Part shown: piece by piece, positions 30,451-38,852 of the stretch
Position numbering within the stretch: the first letter of the stretch is position 1
Layout: each line of letters opens with the position of its first letter
Origin: Candidatus Sulfomarinibacteraceae bacterium
Lineage (GTDB): Bacteria; Acidobacteriota; Thermoanaerobaculia; Thermoanaerobaculales; Sulfomarinibacteraceae
DNA: 64,000 nt
Assembly (NCBI GenBank): GCA_963796455.1
Contig: CAWCLO010000001.1
Span: forward strand, 1,120,001 to 1,184,000
Reading direction: 5' to 3'
Program-made: the position numbers and the translations under genes
Notes under the pieces: model-generated
The model's database searches: none
Seen by the model: the letters and a program-made list of their open reading frames with translations, nothing else
What the model was told of the DNA's origin: nothing

Positions 30451-30795
30451 TCAGTTGGTCTGAAAACTCGCGACTGCCTCCGCCTCGTCGTCAAAGACCT
30501 CGAGCAGCGGCAACAACTGGGTCAGGAGCAGTGTCCGCTGCACCTGCGGCGCCGGGCGAAGCAGTTTGACCTCCGCGCCGAAGCGGTGGGCGAGTTTCCA
30601 GCTCGATACAACCTCGCCGATCCCGGAGCTGTCAATGATGGTGACCAGACGAAGGTTGAGCAGGATCTTTTTCCAATCCTCGGCAACCAGTTCGTTCATC
30701 ACATCGCGCAGGAGTTCGTCTCCCACGCCCATCACCAACCGTCCTTCGAGATCGACAATGATGACGTCTTCCACGTGGCGTACATCGACTTTCAT
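30451..30795 (-). CDS. STAS-domain anti-sigma factor antagonist
   Basis: IDSSGIGE phosphoacceptor motif, 114 aa. Confidence 0.88.
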   Translation of the reverse strand: MKVDVRHVEDVIIVDLEGRLVMGVGDELLRDVMNELVAEDWKKILLNLRLVTIIDSSGIGEVVSSWKLAHRFGAEVKLLRPAPQVQRTLLLTQLLPLLEVFDDEAEAVASFQTN

Positions 30796-30884
30796 GGTCG
30801 GTATTCTAGCTTGGATTCACCGGAAGTTGCCCGATTGACAACACGAGTCTTACGGGTCGGTCTTTGGTTTGTCCGAATCTCGGT

Positions 30885-31044
30885 TGGCCCGTGCCCGCGT
30901 CCGCGTCCGCGTCCGCGCCCGAATTGCAGCGGCAGCGGCACGATGCAGCGACAGATAGCAGCGTCCAGGAACGGCGAACAGGGGCGGTTATTCGGAGGCA
31001 GTTCGCTGTCGCAATCCGAGACTCTGTCCCGAACAAGAGTGAGC
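30885..31044. repeat. Collapsed STR cassette (CCGCGT, CAGCGD arms, CAAGAGTGA motif)
   Basis: GCGCCCGAATTGCAGCGGCAGCG matches 17245-17267; CTGTCCCGAACAAGAGTGAGC matches 17648-17668. Confidence 0.65.
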
Positions 31045-31079
31045 TCCGGTGAACGGGATTTCTGCGATCGACTCGAAGG

Positions 31080-32315
31080 TCAGCCCGGATTCAGCCCAGA
31101 TTCTTCCGCCCGATCCACCCGGTTGCGACCGGCAACCTTCGCGCGGTAGAGCGCCTCGTCCGCGACCCGCAACAGCTCGACGCTGTCCTGCGCGTCATTC
31201 GGGAAGCACGCAACCCCACCGCTGATCGTCACCTTGCCGAGTGGTTGGGTGCTACCCCCTTCAAAGGGGAACTCCTCGATCCTCTTGCGAACCATTCCCG
31301 CTGCTGTCATCGCCTGAGCCCGCGTGCGGCCCGGCATCACCAGGAGGAACTCTTCACCACCGAAACGGCCGAACACATCGTCGGTACGGACCGATTCCTT
31401 GACCAGCCCCGACAATTGCGACAACAGCCGATCGCCGGCCAGATGGCCGTTGGTGTCGTTGTAGACCTTGAAGTTATCAAGATCGAACATGAAGACCGAA
31501 ACAGGCATGCTCTTTTCACGGCCCTGGTGAATGGCGAGACCAAGCCGGGCCAGCAGGGCCCCCTTGTTGAAAATCTGAGTCAGCTTGTCGATATCGGCCT
31601 CGACCTCCTTCTTCTGATAGGCCTTGACGTTGACCCAGGTCAGGGCGCCAACCCGGGCAATCATCTCGAGGACGTCGCGCTCGGTATTGTGGTGTCGCTC
31701 GGGCCGGGAGATCGCGAGCACGCCGATGGTTTCATTTCCTGCCACCATGGGTGCGATGATGTCGTACTTGGGCTCGTTTGTGATGCGCGAGCGTTCGTAG
31801 CTCCACATCTGGTCTTCCTCGAAATCCTTGCGAACCATGACCTGCTGGCGTTCGGCCACGATTCCGACCTGACCCTCTCCAAAACGAAACTCCATGCCAT
31901 CCCGCAAGGTTCCTCGAGTCGATTGCAGCGCGGCAATTGTCAAACGCAGGGGATCGTCGGCGTCCGTCGAGGAGCCGCGGCGGACCAGAACGGCGGCCAC
32001 CTCGGGCCGGTAGATTCGAACGACGGCCTTGAGGAGTGCACCGGGGATCATCCGGGTCTGGCGCTCGGCGTGCATATCGGCCAGCAATTGCGCAAAGACC
32101 CTGAAGAAATCAACCAGGAAATTGAGGTCGGTCTCGAGACGGCGGAACCTTCTCGACGACTCCTCCCTGGATTCCTTGGTTTCCAATACCGCTCGATTGC
32201 GTTCGACAGTGCTCTTTCTCAGGGCCACCAGCAGCGCAATCACGATCAGCGCCAACGCCAGCACCACAAGCACCGCTGCCTGCGCCATCGGCGGCCACTG
32301 GGCGATATCGGTCAA
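31080..32315 (-). CDS. Membrane-anchored GAF-GGDEF diguanylate cyclase
   Basis: TM helix, GAF-like region, DLDNFK, GGEEF with upstream RxxD; TTG start at 32315 after GGAGG. Confidence 0.88.
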   Translation of the reverse strand: MTDIAQWPPMAQAAVLVVLALALIVIALLVALRKSTVERNRAVLETKESREESSRRFRRLETDLNFLVDFFRVFAQLLADMHAERQTRMIPGALLKAVVRIYRPEVAAVLVRRGSSTDADDPLRLTIAALQSTRGTLRDGMEFRFGEGQVGIVAERQQVMVRKDFEEDQMWSYERSRITNEPKYDIIAPMVAGNETIGVLAISRPERHHNTERDVLEMIARVGALTWVNVKAYQKKEVEADIDKLTQIFNKGALLARLGLAIHQGREKSMPVSVFMFDLDNFKVYNDTNGHLAGDRLLSQLSGLVKESVRTDDVFGRFGGEEFLLVMPGRTRAQAMTAAGMVRKRIEEFPFEGGSTQPLGKVTISGGVACFPNDAQDSVELLRVADEALYRAKVAGRNRVDRAEESGLNPG

Positions 32316-32465
32316 ACGCAAACCTCCCAAACGCTCGAACCCGGACGAAACGGGTCGCGGACTCGTTTCGATCCAAAAAACTGGTCCATCGATTGTACAC
32401 CTGATCAACGGTGGGTCGCCCGTCGGAATCGCGCTCCGGACGGTCGAACGGCTTCGCGCCGGCCA

Positions 32466-33449
32466 TCAATTCCTATCGGTTGCGGGTATCCGAAGCAACA
32501 GAGTCTGCTGTTCTCCGAGAGGAGGCACGGGGGCGTCGATGACCCCTGTGACCGCACTGTCGGAGACCAGCCACAGCGCGTCCTCCCCGTCGATCGCGAT
32601 GCCCTCGATGTTGTTGGACCAGCCCCTTGCAGGATATCCCCTCATCAAAGTGGTCAGGTCGAGCAAAACCTCCGTGCTCCCCGTCTCGAGATCCACGTCG
32701 ATGATTTCGTAGCGTTCACCCGGATACTGGGTCTTGAGCGCAATCAAGCGCCCCTGTCGCCAGGCGAGCCCGGTCAACCGCCAGTTGCAGTCCTCGAGTT
32801 CGACCCGTGTCGGTTGACCGTCCAGAAGGAGTTGATCGCCATCCCTTTGCAAAGGAAATATAGTCGAAAAACAACCATCTGACTCGTTGCCGCTCCGTTC
32901 CAACAAAAGCAGGATCCGACCGGTCCGAGCGTCAAATTCGATGCCCTCGAATCCGATTTTTCCACCTTCGACCTCGAGCCCTTCCAGATGGAGCCGCCTG
33001 GCCCCCACGCGCGACTCGGATGGCAGATCGGCAATTGTGCTGTTGTCTCCCATCCTGATTTCATAAACGGCCGCGTGGGCCTCGTCGCACAAGAAAATCG
33101 ACGAACCGGCCACGGCAATTCCCTCGAGCTCTGCGTGGCGAGGAACATCCAGACGCACAACCCGAGCGTCGGGGTCGGTCGTAGCGTCGATGACGAGCAA
33201 CCTCGCATACTTTTCTGAAGGCAGGACGAGCAGACCGGAGACCATTGCCAATCCCGAAGCCTCCAGTTCGTAGTCTTGAGCAAAGGACGGATCGTCGGCC
33301 CTCCAGACAATCTCCTCGGCAAGGTCTACATCCCACGCGACACCACGGCCCATCCGATCCTGCACCGTCGTACTGCACCCCGTTGCCGTGGCGACCAGGG
33401 CCAAGACCGCCAACAAGTTCGGGCGCCTGATCAGTGTCCTGATTCCCAT
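32466..33449 (-). CDS. Putative lipoprotein, beta-propeller (SdiA-regulated/phytase-like)
   Basis: Lipobox ATGC, repeated EASGL/ELEGIA/FEGIE/NIEGIA blades. Confidence 0.65.
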   Translation of the reverse strand: MGIRTLIRRPNLLAVLALVATATGCSTTVQDRMGRGVAWDVDLAEEIVWRADDPSFAQDYELEASGLAMVSGLLVLPSEKYARLLVIDATTDPDARVVRLDVPRHAELEGIAVAGSSIFLCDEAHAAVYEIRMGDNSTIADLPSESRVGARRLHLEGLEVEGGKIGFEGIEFDARTGRILLLLERSGNESDGCFSTIFPLQRDGDQLLLDGQPTRVELEDCNWRLTGLAWRQGRLIALKTQYPGERYEIIDVDLETGSTEVLLDLTTLMRGYPARGWSNNIEGIAIDGEDALWLVSDSAVTGVIDAPVPPLGEQQTLLLRIPATDRN

Positions 33450-33450
33450 A

Positions 33451-34566
33451 TCAAACTCCATCGTGGCCCCGAGCCGCCGCCCGATCGGGGACAAGGGCTC
33501 GAAGCTCTTCTGCAGAGGCGCCGCAGATGCCGTGTTCGGTAATCAATCCGGTGACCAGTCTCGAAGGCGTCACATCAAATGCAAAATTCGCGGCGCGGCA
33601 ACTCGGCGGCGAGATCTTCACCGTTCGGACCTCACCGTCTTCTGCCAAACCGGACACCTGAGTCACTTCATCCGGTGATCGTTCTTCGATCGGGATCTCT
33701 TCGAGCCCGTCATGGGCGGCCCAGTCGATGGTCGTCGATGGCAGTGCCACATAGAAGGGCACGTCATTGTCGGCCGCCGCCAGGGCCTTCAGATAAGTGC
33801 CGATCTTGTTGGCCACATCGCCTGAAGCCGTCGTCCGATCGGTCCCGACGATGCACAGATCGACCATGCCGTGCTGCATCAGATGGCCACCCGCATTGTC
33901 CGTGACCAGGGTATGGGGCACTCCGTGAGAACCGAGTTCATAGGCGGTGAGCGCGGCCCCCTGATTCCTGGGACGGGTTTCATCGACCCATACGTGGATC
34001 GGAATGCCGGCATCGTGGGCCATATAGATCGGTGCCAGGGCGGTGCCCCAGTCCACCGTCGCCAACCAACCGGCATTGCAGTGGGTGAGCACGTTCAGCG
34101 GCGCCTTCCGTCCATCGCCGGCCAATCGTCGAAGAAGGGACAGTCCATGCTCGCCGATGCCCCTGCAGATCGCGACATCATCATCACAGATCCGGGCGGC
34201 GGTCTTCCACGCGGTCTCTCCACGTTCGGATTCTGAGACGCCATCGAGAGCTCGTCGGACTTCTTCGAGGGCCCAGCGAAGATTCACCGCGGTCGGTCGG
34301 GTGGCAGCCAGGACATCCAGGGCGGTCTCGAGACCTTGATCGGATGGGTCTCGCTGGAGGGCCAGCGCCATACCATAGGCCGCGGTCGCGCCGATCAATG
34401 GGGCACCGCGGACCCGCATTGAGGAAATGGCCTCCGCCGCATCCTCAAGGGTCTGCAGGCCTTTGGTCGAAAAAACATGGGGCAGCAGGGTCTGGTCGAT
34501 GATCTCCACCGATCGCCCGTCATCCGACCGCCAGATGGTCCGGTACCAGGTTTCACCAATTCGCAT
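33451..34566 (-). CDS. mtnA: Methylthioribose-1-phosphate isomerase
   Basis: [44 protein letters not shown]. Confidence 0.95.
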   Translation of the reverse strand: MRIGETWYRTIWRSDDGRSVEIIDQTLLPHVFSTKGLQTLEDAAEAISSMRVRGAPLIGATAAYGMALALQRDPSDQGLETALDVLAATRPTAVNLRWALEEVRRALDGVSESERGETAWKTAARICDDDVAICRGIGEHGLSLLRRLAGDGRKAPLNVLTHCNAGWLATVDWGTALAPIYMAHDAGIPIHVWVDETRPRNQGAALTAYELGSHGVPHTLVTDNAGGHLMQHGMVDLCIVGTDRTTASGDVANKIGTYLKALAAADNDVPFYVALPSTTIDWAAHDGLEEIPIEERSPDEVTQVSGLAEDGEVRTVKISPPSCRAANFAFDVTPSRLVTGLITEHGICGASAEELRALVPDRAAARGHDGV

Positions 34567-34592
34567 GAGGAGCAGTATAGGGGTTCGAAGCT

Positions 34593-34817
34593 GGATGCAG
34601 GATGCAGGATGCAGGATGCAGGATCCTGGATCCTGGATGACTCTTGCCCAAGACAAGGTCATGGACAACGATCAGGGACAGCGACGGCGAACACTGATCG
34701 CTGTCCCTGTTCGCCGATTCCTGTCGCCGACGCTGCCACTGGACACTGCCCCTGCAGCCCGAGTTTCGGTCCGCACTGATCCAGCATCGACCATCGAGAA
34801 TCGAGTATCAAGCATCC
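34593..34817. repeat. Nested inverted STR cassette: (GGATGCA)4/(GGATCCT)2 ... CAGCGA/TCGCTG core ... (CCAGCAT-like)n
   Basis: Same outer arms and TCTTG-N2-CAAGA motif as 59261-59680, with the centre deleted. Confidence 0.78.
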
Positions 34818-34920
34818 GATCGCGTAGTCATGAGGCTGACCACTCGCGATCAAGTCGGGCAGGCGTATACTGCACGGGCGCGCAATCAATCAAATATGAC
34901 GCGCACAAAAAGGAGGGTTC

Positions 34921-36261
34921 ATGATGAGAAAAACGACTCTACTCATCTTGATGCTCGCGGTCGTCGTGACCTGGTCCTGCGCCAAGCAGGATGCAGTCGA
35001 CCAGGCAGCAGATCCGGCGGAAGAAGCCTATGCAGCGCTTCGGACCGCGCTGGGCGACGCGGAGACTGCTGAGCAAAAAACAACACTCTACGAGGCATAC
35101 CTCGCCGAGTATCCGGACACCGATCGGAGCGGCGGTCTGGCAGGTGCAATCGCCTACTACCGCGGCCACGAAATGAATGATCCCGAGGGCGCGTACGCGG
35201 TTCTCGATTCAGCGCTTTCGAATATCGAGGATCCTGAACAACGCTTTCAGGTCGCGATGGAGGCGCTGAGTTTTGCCGACATGGTAGAGGTCCCCTACTC
35301 GGCAGCCGATGTCGCCGGGGCCCTGGCCGCGGTCCGGCCCCTGGACTACAGCGAAAACCAGTCGGTCGCCACGACTGCGGCCGATCTCGAGGAGTGGGCC
35401 GTGGCGGACAGCCACGCCCAGACCGCCGCCGCGCTGGCCACTCCCGCGAACTACCAGGCTGACTACCCGGATCGAGAATTCACCGAAGACCAACTCGCCA
35501 CACGAGCCGGTAGGCGGTACGCGGAATCGCTCGCCTACGCGGGTTGGGCGCAATACAACATGGGCCAACTCGATGAGGCCTTCGCACGATTTGCGGCCGC
35601 CGACGAAGCCGGAAGCGTCAGCTACACGGGCGTGCCGAACACCCCGCTCTATGAGTTCTGGGGACGCGCAGCCCTTGCCGAGGGAGAAATCGACAGCGCA
35701 ATTGAATTGCTCGGTGCACAGGCGCTCTTTGGCGAGGACGGCTCGCAAGCCATGCCGTATCTGCGCGAGGCCTACGTCGCCAAAAACGGCGACGAGAACG
35801 GCTTCGACGAATTCCTGTGGGCAACCCGCAACGAACTCGCAACCGATGTCGACGATTTCGAGCTGCTCGATTACGAAGGCAACCCGTATCGCCTTTCGGA
35901 TGAAGGCGACAAAGTGGTTCTGTTGGCGTTCTGGTTCCCCACGTGAGGCGGCTGCCGCGTGGAGTTGCCACGCCTGCAACCGTTGTATGAGAAGTACAAG
36001 GACCAGGGTTTTGAAGTCGTCGCTGTGGAAGCCAAATACGACCGCGAACGCGCTCTCAAGTTCATCGAAGAGAACGGCCTCACCTACACCATGCTCGAAA
36101 ACGCCAAGGATGATGCCGACGTTGTCAGCAACATCTTCAAGGTTCGCGCATTCCCGTCGTCCTTTTTGATCGATCGAGACGGCAAGGTGATGTACTTCCA
36201 TCTCGGTTTCGAAGCCGGAGACGAAGAGCACATCGAAGAGGAGATTCTGACGCTTCTGTAG
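34921..36261 (+). CDS. Selenocysteine-containing lipoprotein: TPR-like region + TlpA/redoxin domain (UGGC)
   Basis: ORFs 34921-35946 and 35959-36261 are in the same frame; read-through gives KVVLLAFWFPT-U-GGCRVELPRLQ; lipobox TWSC; downstream hairpin. Confidence 0.88.
35950..35981 (+). promoter_or_regulatory. Putative bacterial SECIS element
   Basis: GCGTGG-AGTTG-CCACGC stem-loop starting 11 nt after the TGA, with lower stem GGCTGC/GCAACC. Confidence 0.65.
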
Positions 36262-36282
36262 CCTCCGATTGATTCATTACTC

Positions 36283-36313
36283 ACCCCCACCCTCGTGGTG
36301 GGGGTTTGTTTTT
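36283..36313 (+). terminator. Rho-independent terminator
   Basis: ACCCCCACC-CTCGT-GGTGGGGGT followed by TTGTTTTT. Confidence 0.8.
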
Positions 36314-36393
36314 GGCATTTCCTGTTCGCGGTTGACCCGTACCCGTACCCGTTCCGGCTCCCGTGCCCAAATCGAAGCGACAACCACAGTATC

Positions 36394-36623
36394 CAGCGGC
36401 AGCGACAGGGCTCAGAGACAGCGATCAGCGACAGGAAACAGCGATCAGTGTTCAGCGGCAGCGGTCAGGGGCCGCGACGGCGTGGCCATCTCCGGGTTGT
36501 TCAACAGAAGGGAAAGCTTTTGTGGTGCAGGCGTCTCGCCTGCACACCGTGCGGCCGAGAAGGCCGCACCTCAATAGCCGCGGTCCCGAAGAAGTGCGCG
36601 CTGAACGCTGTCGCTGAACCCTG
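36394..36623. mobile_element. STR-flanked cassette with a REP doublet in place of the four-helix-bundle ORF
   Basis: (CAGCGD)n, leader TCAGG...GTGGCC...CCGGG..GTTCAACAGAAGG, REP 36521-36574, tail CCCGAAGAAGTG, (CGCTG)n. Confidence 0.7.
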
Positions 36624-36784
36624 TACGAGACGCTGCCTCGGCACGAGTGTTCGAGTTTTGACCTTGTGCGAAGGCCATTCGATAGCGCGAGCGAATCCGG
36701 CCCTGATGGGAATGGTCTCGGGAAAATCGGTTCATCTCCCACGAATTTGGTGCCCCCATCTCACGGCTGCGCCATAATTGCTCT

Positions 36785-37207
36785 ATGCCCCGCATCAATC
36801 ACGCCCTCGTGATCGACGACGACGAAATCCGTTTCGAGTTCGCCCGGAGTTCCGGGCCCGGCGGTCAGAACGTCAACAAGGTGGAAACCAAGGTTCGCCT
36901 TCTCTTTGACGTGGCGGATTCTCCTTCGCTGAACGCCGCGCAACGGGCGAGGATCGAAGACAAGCTGTCGACACGCATCACCAAGGTCGGCGTCCTCTAT
37001 ATTTCATCGCAGCGCCACCGCACCCGTGAAGCCAACCGTAAGGCCACGATCGAGAAGTTCGTGGAGTTGTTGGCCGGCGCCCTCGCAGTCGAGAAACCGA
37101 GGAAGAAAACGAGGATCTCGAAAACCCAGAAGGCGAAGCGCCTCGAATCGAAGAAACGAAAATCCCGCAAAAAGGCGATGCGCTCACGACCCGACGAGGA
37201 CTATTGA
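36785..37207 (+). CDS. arfB: Alternative ribosome rescue factor B (peptidyl-tRNA hydrolase)
   Basis: RSSGPGGQNVNKV and basic C-terminal tail. Confidence 0.92.
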   Translation: MPRINHALVIDDDEIRFEFARSSGPGGQNVNKVETKVRLLFDVADSPSLNAAQRARIEDKLSTRITKVGVLYISSQRHRTREANRKATIEKFVELLAGALAVEKPRKKTRISKTQKAKRLESKKRKSRKKAMRSRPDEDY

Positions 37208-37258
37208 CGCAGCCACGTGAACAGATCGGAGTAGGGAGATTTTCCACCATCGCAACGG

Positions 37259-37460
37259 AGAGACCGCAGATCACGCAGATGAGCGCAGATCGCCGGACAC
37301 TCGCCTGGACGTTGGTTGGCACCAGGACATCGCAACCACGAAGGCACGAAGACACCAAGACGGACACAAAGGAAATCCTCCGTGAGTTTCTTCGTGCCTT
37401 TGTGTCTTTGTGTTTGCGACGTGGCGGGAGGGGCTCTAGGACAGGGAACGGCAACGGACC
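37259..37460. repeat. STR mosaic: CGCAGATNA nonamers; inverted CACGAAGR / CTTCGTGC octamers
   Basis: ACCGCAGATCACGCAGATGAGCGCAGAT; CACGAAGGCACGAAGACAC ... CTTCGTGCCTTTGTGTCTTTGTG. Confidence 0.75.
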
Positions 37461-37718
37461 TTATTCGAGGCCCAACGCGGCGAAGGTCGAGGAGCCCCCC
37501 CGGAATCCGATGGAGACCCGCTCGTGATCAACCACCACCGGCAGGCGGTGCTCCCAGCAAAGACCGCGCAACCGGCCCATCTCATGTGGTTCTAGGGTGA
37601 GATTGATCTCGCGGAAGACGACCCCGCGGCGTTCAAAGTCGCGACACAGAGCGCTGCAGTGAGGACAACCCTCGGCGGTGAAGACCAGGAGGGTGTCGAG
37701 AGCGGCCACCCTAGCCAA
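37461..37718 (-). CDS. Small glutaredoxin-like protein (CPHC)
   Basis: VFTAEGCPHC, LPVVVD, VSIGF; start may be GTG 37709. Confidence 0.75.
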   Translation of the reverse strand: MARVAALDTLLVFTAEGCPHCSALCRDFERRGVVFREINLTLEPHEMGRLRGLCWEHRLPVVVDHERVSIGFRGGSSTFAALGLE

Positions 37719-37726
37719 CCGCCGGT

Positions 37727-37847
37727 TTCGAATTCGGAGTTCGGAGTTCGGAGTTCGAAGTTGGGCAACGCATCCACCGGAGATTCAAACGCTGACGTGA
37801 GGTTTTCGGGCGGGATTTTCGAATTCCGAATTCCGAATTCCGAACTC
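37727..37847. repeat. Inverted heptamer arms (TTCGGAG)n ... (TTCCGAA)n
   Basis: About 4 units on each side around a 55-nt spacer. Confidence 0.85.
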
Positions 37848-38846
37848 TCAACTCTCGTCCTCACCCACGTCTTGCACATCTTCCACAAGTTGTGAAAGAT
37901 CCGCCATCCCCGGTTCCATATCGCGCAGAACCCTGGGATCGTCGCGCCAACGCGGGTGGACCTTGACCCGCAGACCGAGGTAGATCTTGGTCTGGAAGAT
38001 CTTCTCCAACTCCTCGCGCGCATCGCGCCCGATCTCGCGGATCATGCTCCCACCTTTGCCGATGACGATGCCCTTCTGGCTCTTGCGCTCGACATAGATC
38101 ATGGCTTCGAGATGGAGCAGATTGCCGCTTTCATCGAAGAGGTCGACAATCACTCCCGTGGTGTAGGGCAGCTCGTTCCGGGTCCGGTGGAGGAGTTTTT
38201 CGCGAATCACCTCAGCGACAAAAAACTTTTCGGTCTGCGTGCTGGTCAATTCCACCGGATAAAGCGGCGGCCCCTCGGGAAGACGGGTTGAGAGCTCATC
38301 GAGCAGAACATCGAGACCATCTCCCTCGAGGGCCGATATCGGCAGCACGGCGGCATCCGGTCTCTTTTCGTGGTAGCGGGCGATCAACGGCAGCAGGTCG
38401 TGTTTTGCACGGACGAGGTCGGTCTTGGTCAGCACACCGATCACCGGTGGCCGAACAGGTTTCAGAAGCTCGAAGAGATACTCCTCGCCTCCCCCCCACT
38501 CGATGGTGGAATCCACCATGTGCAGAATCACATCCACCTCTTCGAGAGCCGACCGCACCTCCTGCATCATCCGTGAGTTCATTCGGTGCAGCGGTTTGTG
38601 AACACCCGGCAGATCGAAGAATACGATCTGGCCCCGTTCATCCGTCAAGATGCCGATAATTCGATTGCGGGTCGTCTGGGGTTTGTCGGATACGATCGCA
38701 ACCTTGTCACCAACCACGGCGTTGAGCAGGGTGCTCTTGCCGGCGTTCGGCCGGCCGACCAGAGCGACGGTCCCGGAATGGATCTCGGTCTTCGACGATC
38801 GATCATCTCCATCTGGCACTCGACGAATCCCGTTCTCCGACCCCAT
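37848..38846 (-). CDS. era: GTPase Era
   Basis: GRPNAGKST, KPQTTR, KH domain with SQKGIVIGKGG. Confidence 0.95.
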   Translation of the reverse strand: MGSENGIRRVPDGDDRSSKTEIHSGTVALVGRPNAGKSTLLNAVVGDKVAIVSDKPQTTRNRIIGILTDERGQIVFFDLPGVHKPLHRMNSRMMQEVRSALEEVDVILHMVDSTIEWGGGEEYLFELLKPVRPPVIGVLTKTDLVRAKHDLLPLIARYHEKRPDAAVLPISALEGDGLDVLLDELSTRLPEGPPLYPVELTSTQTEKFFVAEVIREKLLHRTRNELPYTTGVIVDLFDESGNLLHLEAMIYVERKSQKGIVIGKGGSMIREIGRDAREELEKIFQTKIYLGLRVKVHPRWRDDPRVLRDMEPGMADLSQLVEDVQDVGEDES

Positions 38847-38852
38847 CGTCGT

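Noticed and set aside
35944..35946. Nonsense mutation/pseudogene or genetic code with UGA=Trp
   Set aside because: TGA is the normal stop for many genes here, and this one sits at the redox Cys position with a downstream hairpin, so Sec is the better explanation.
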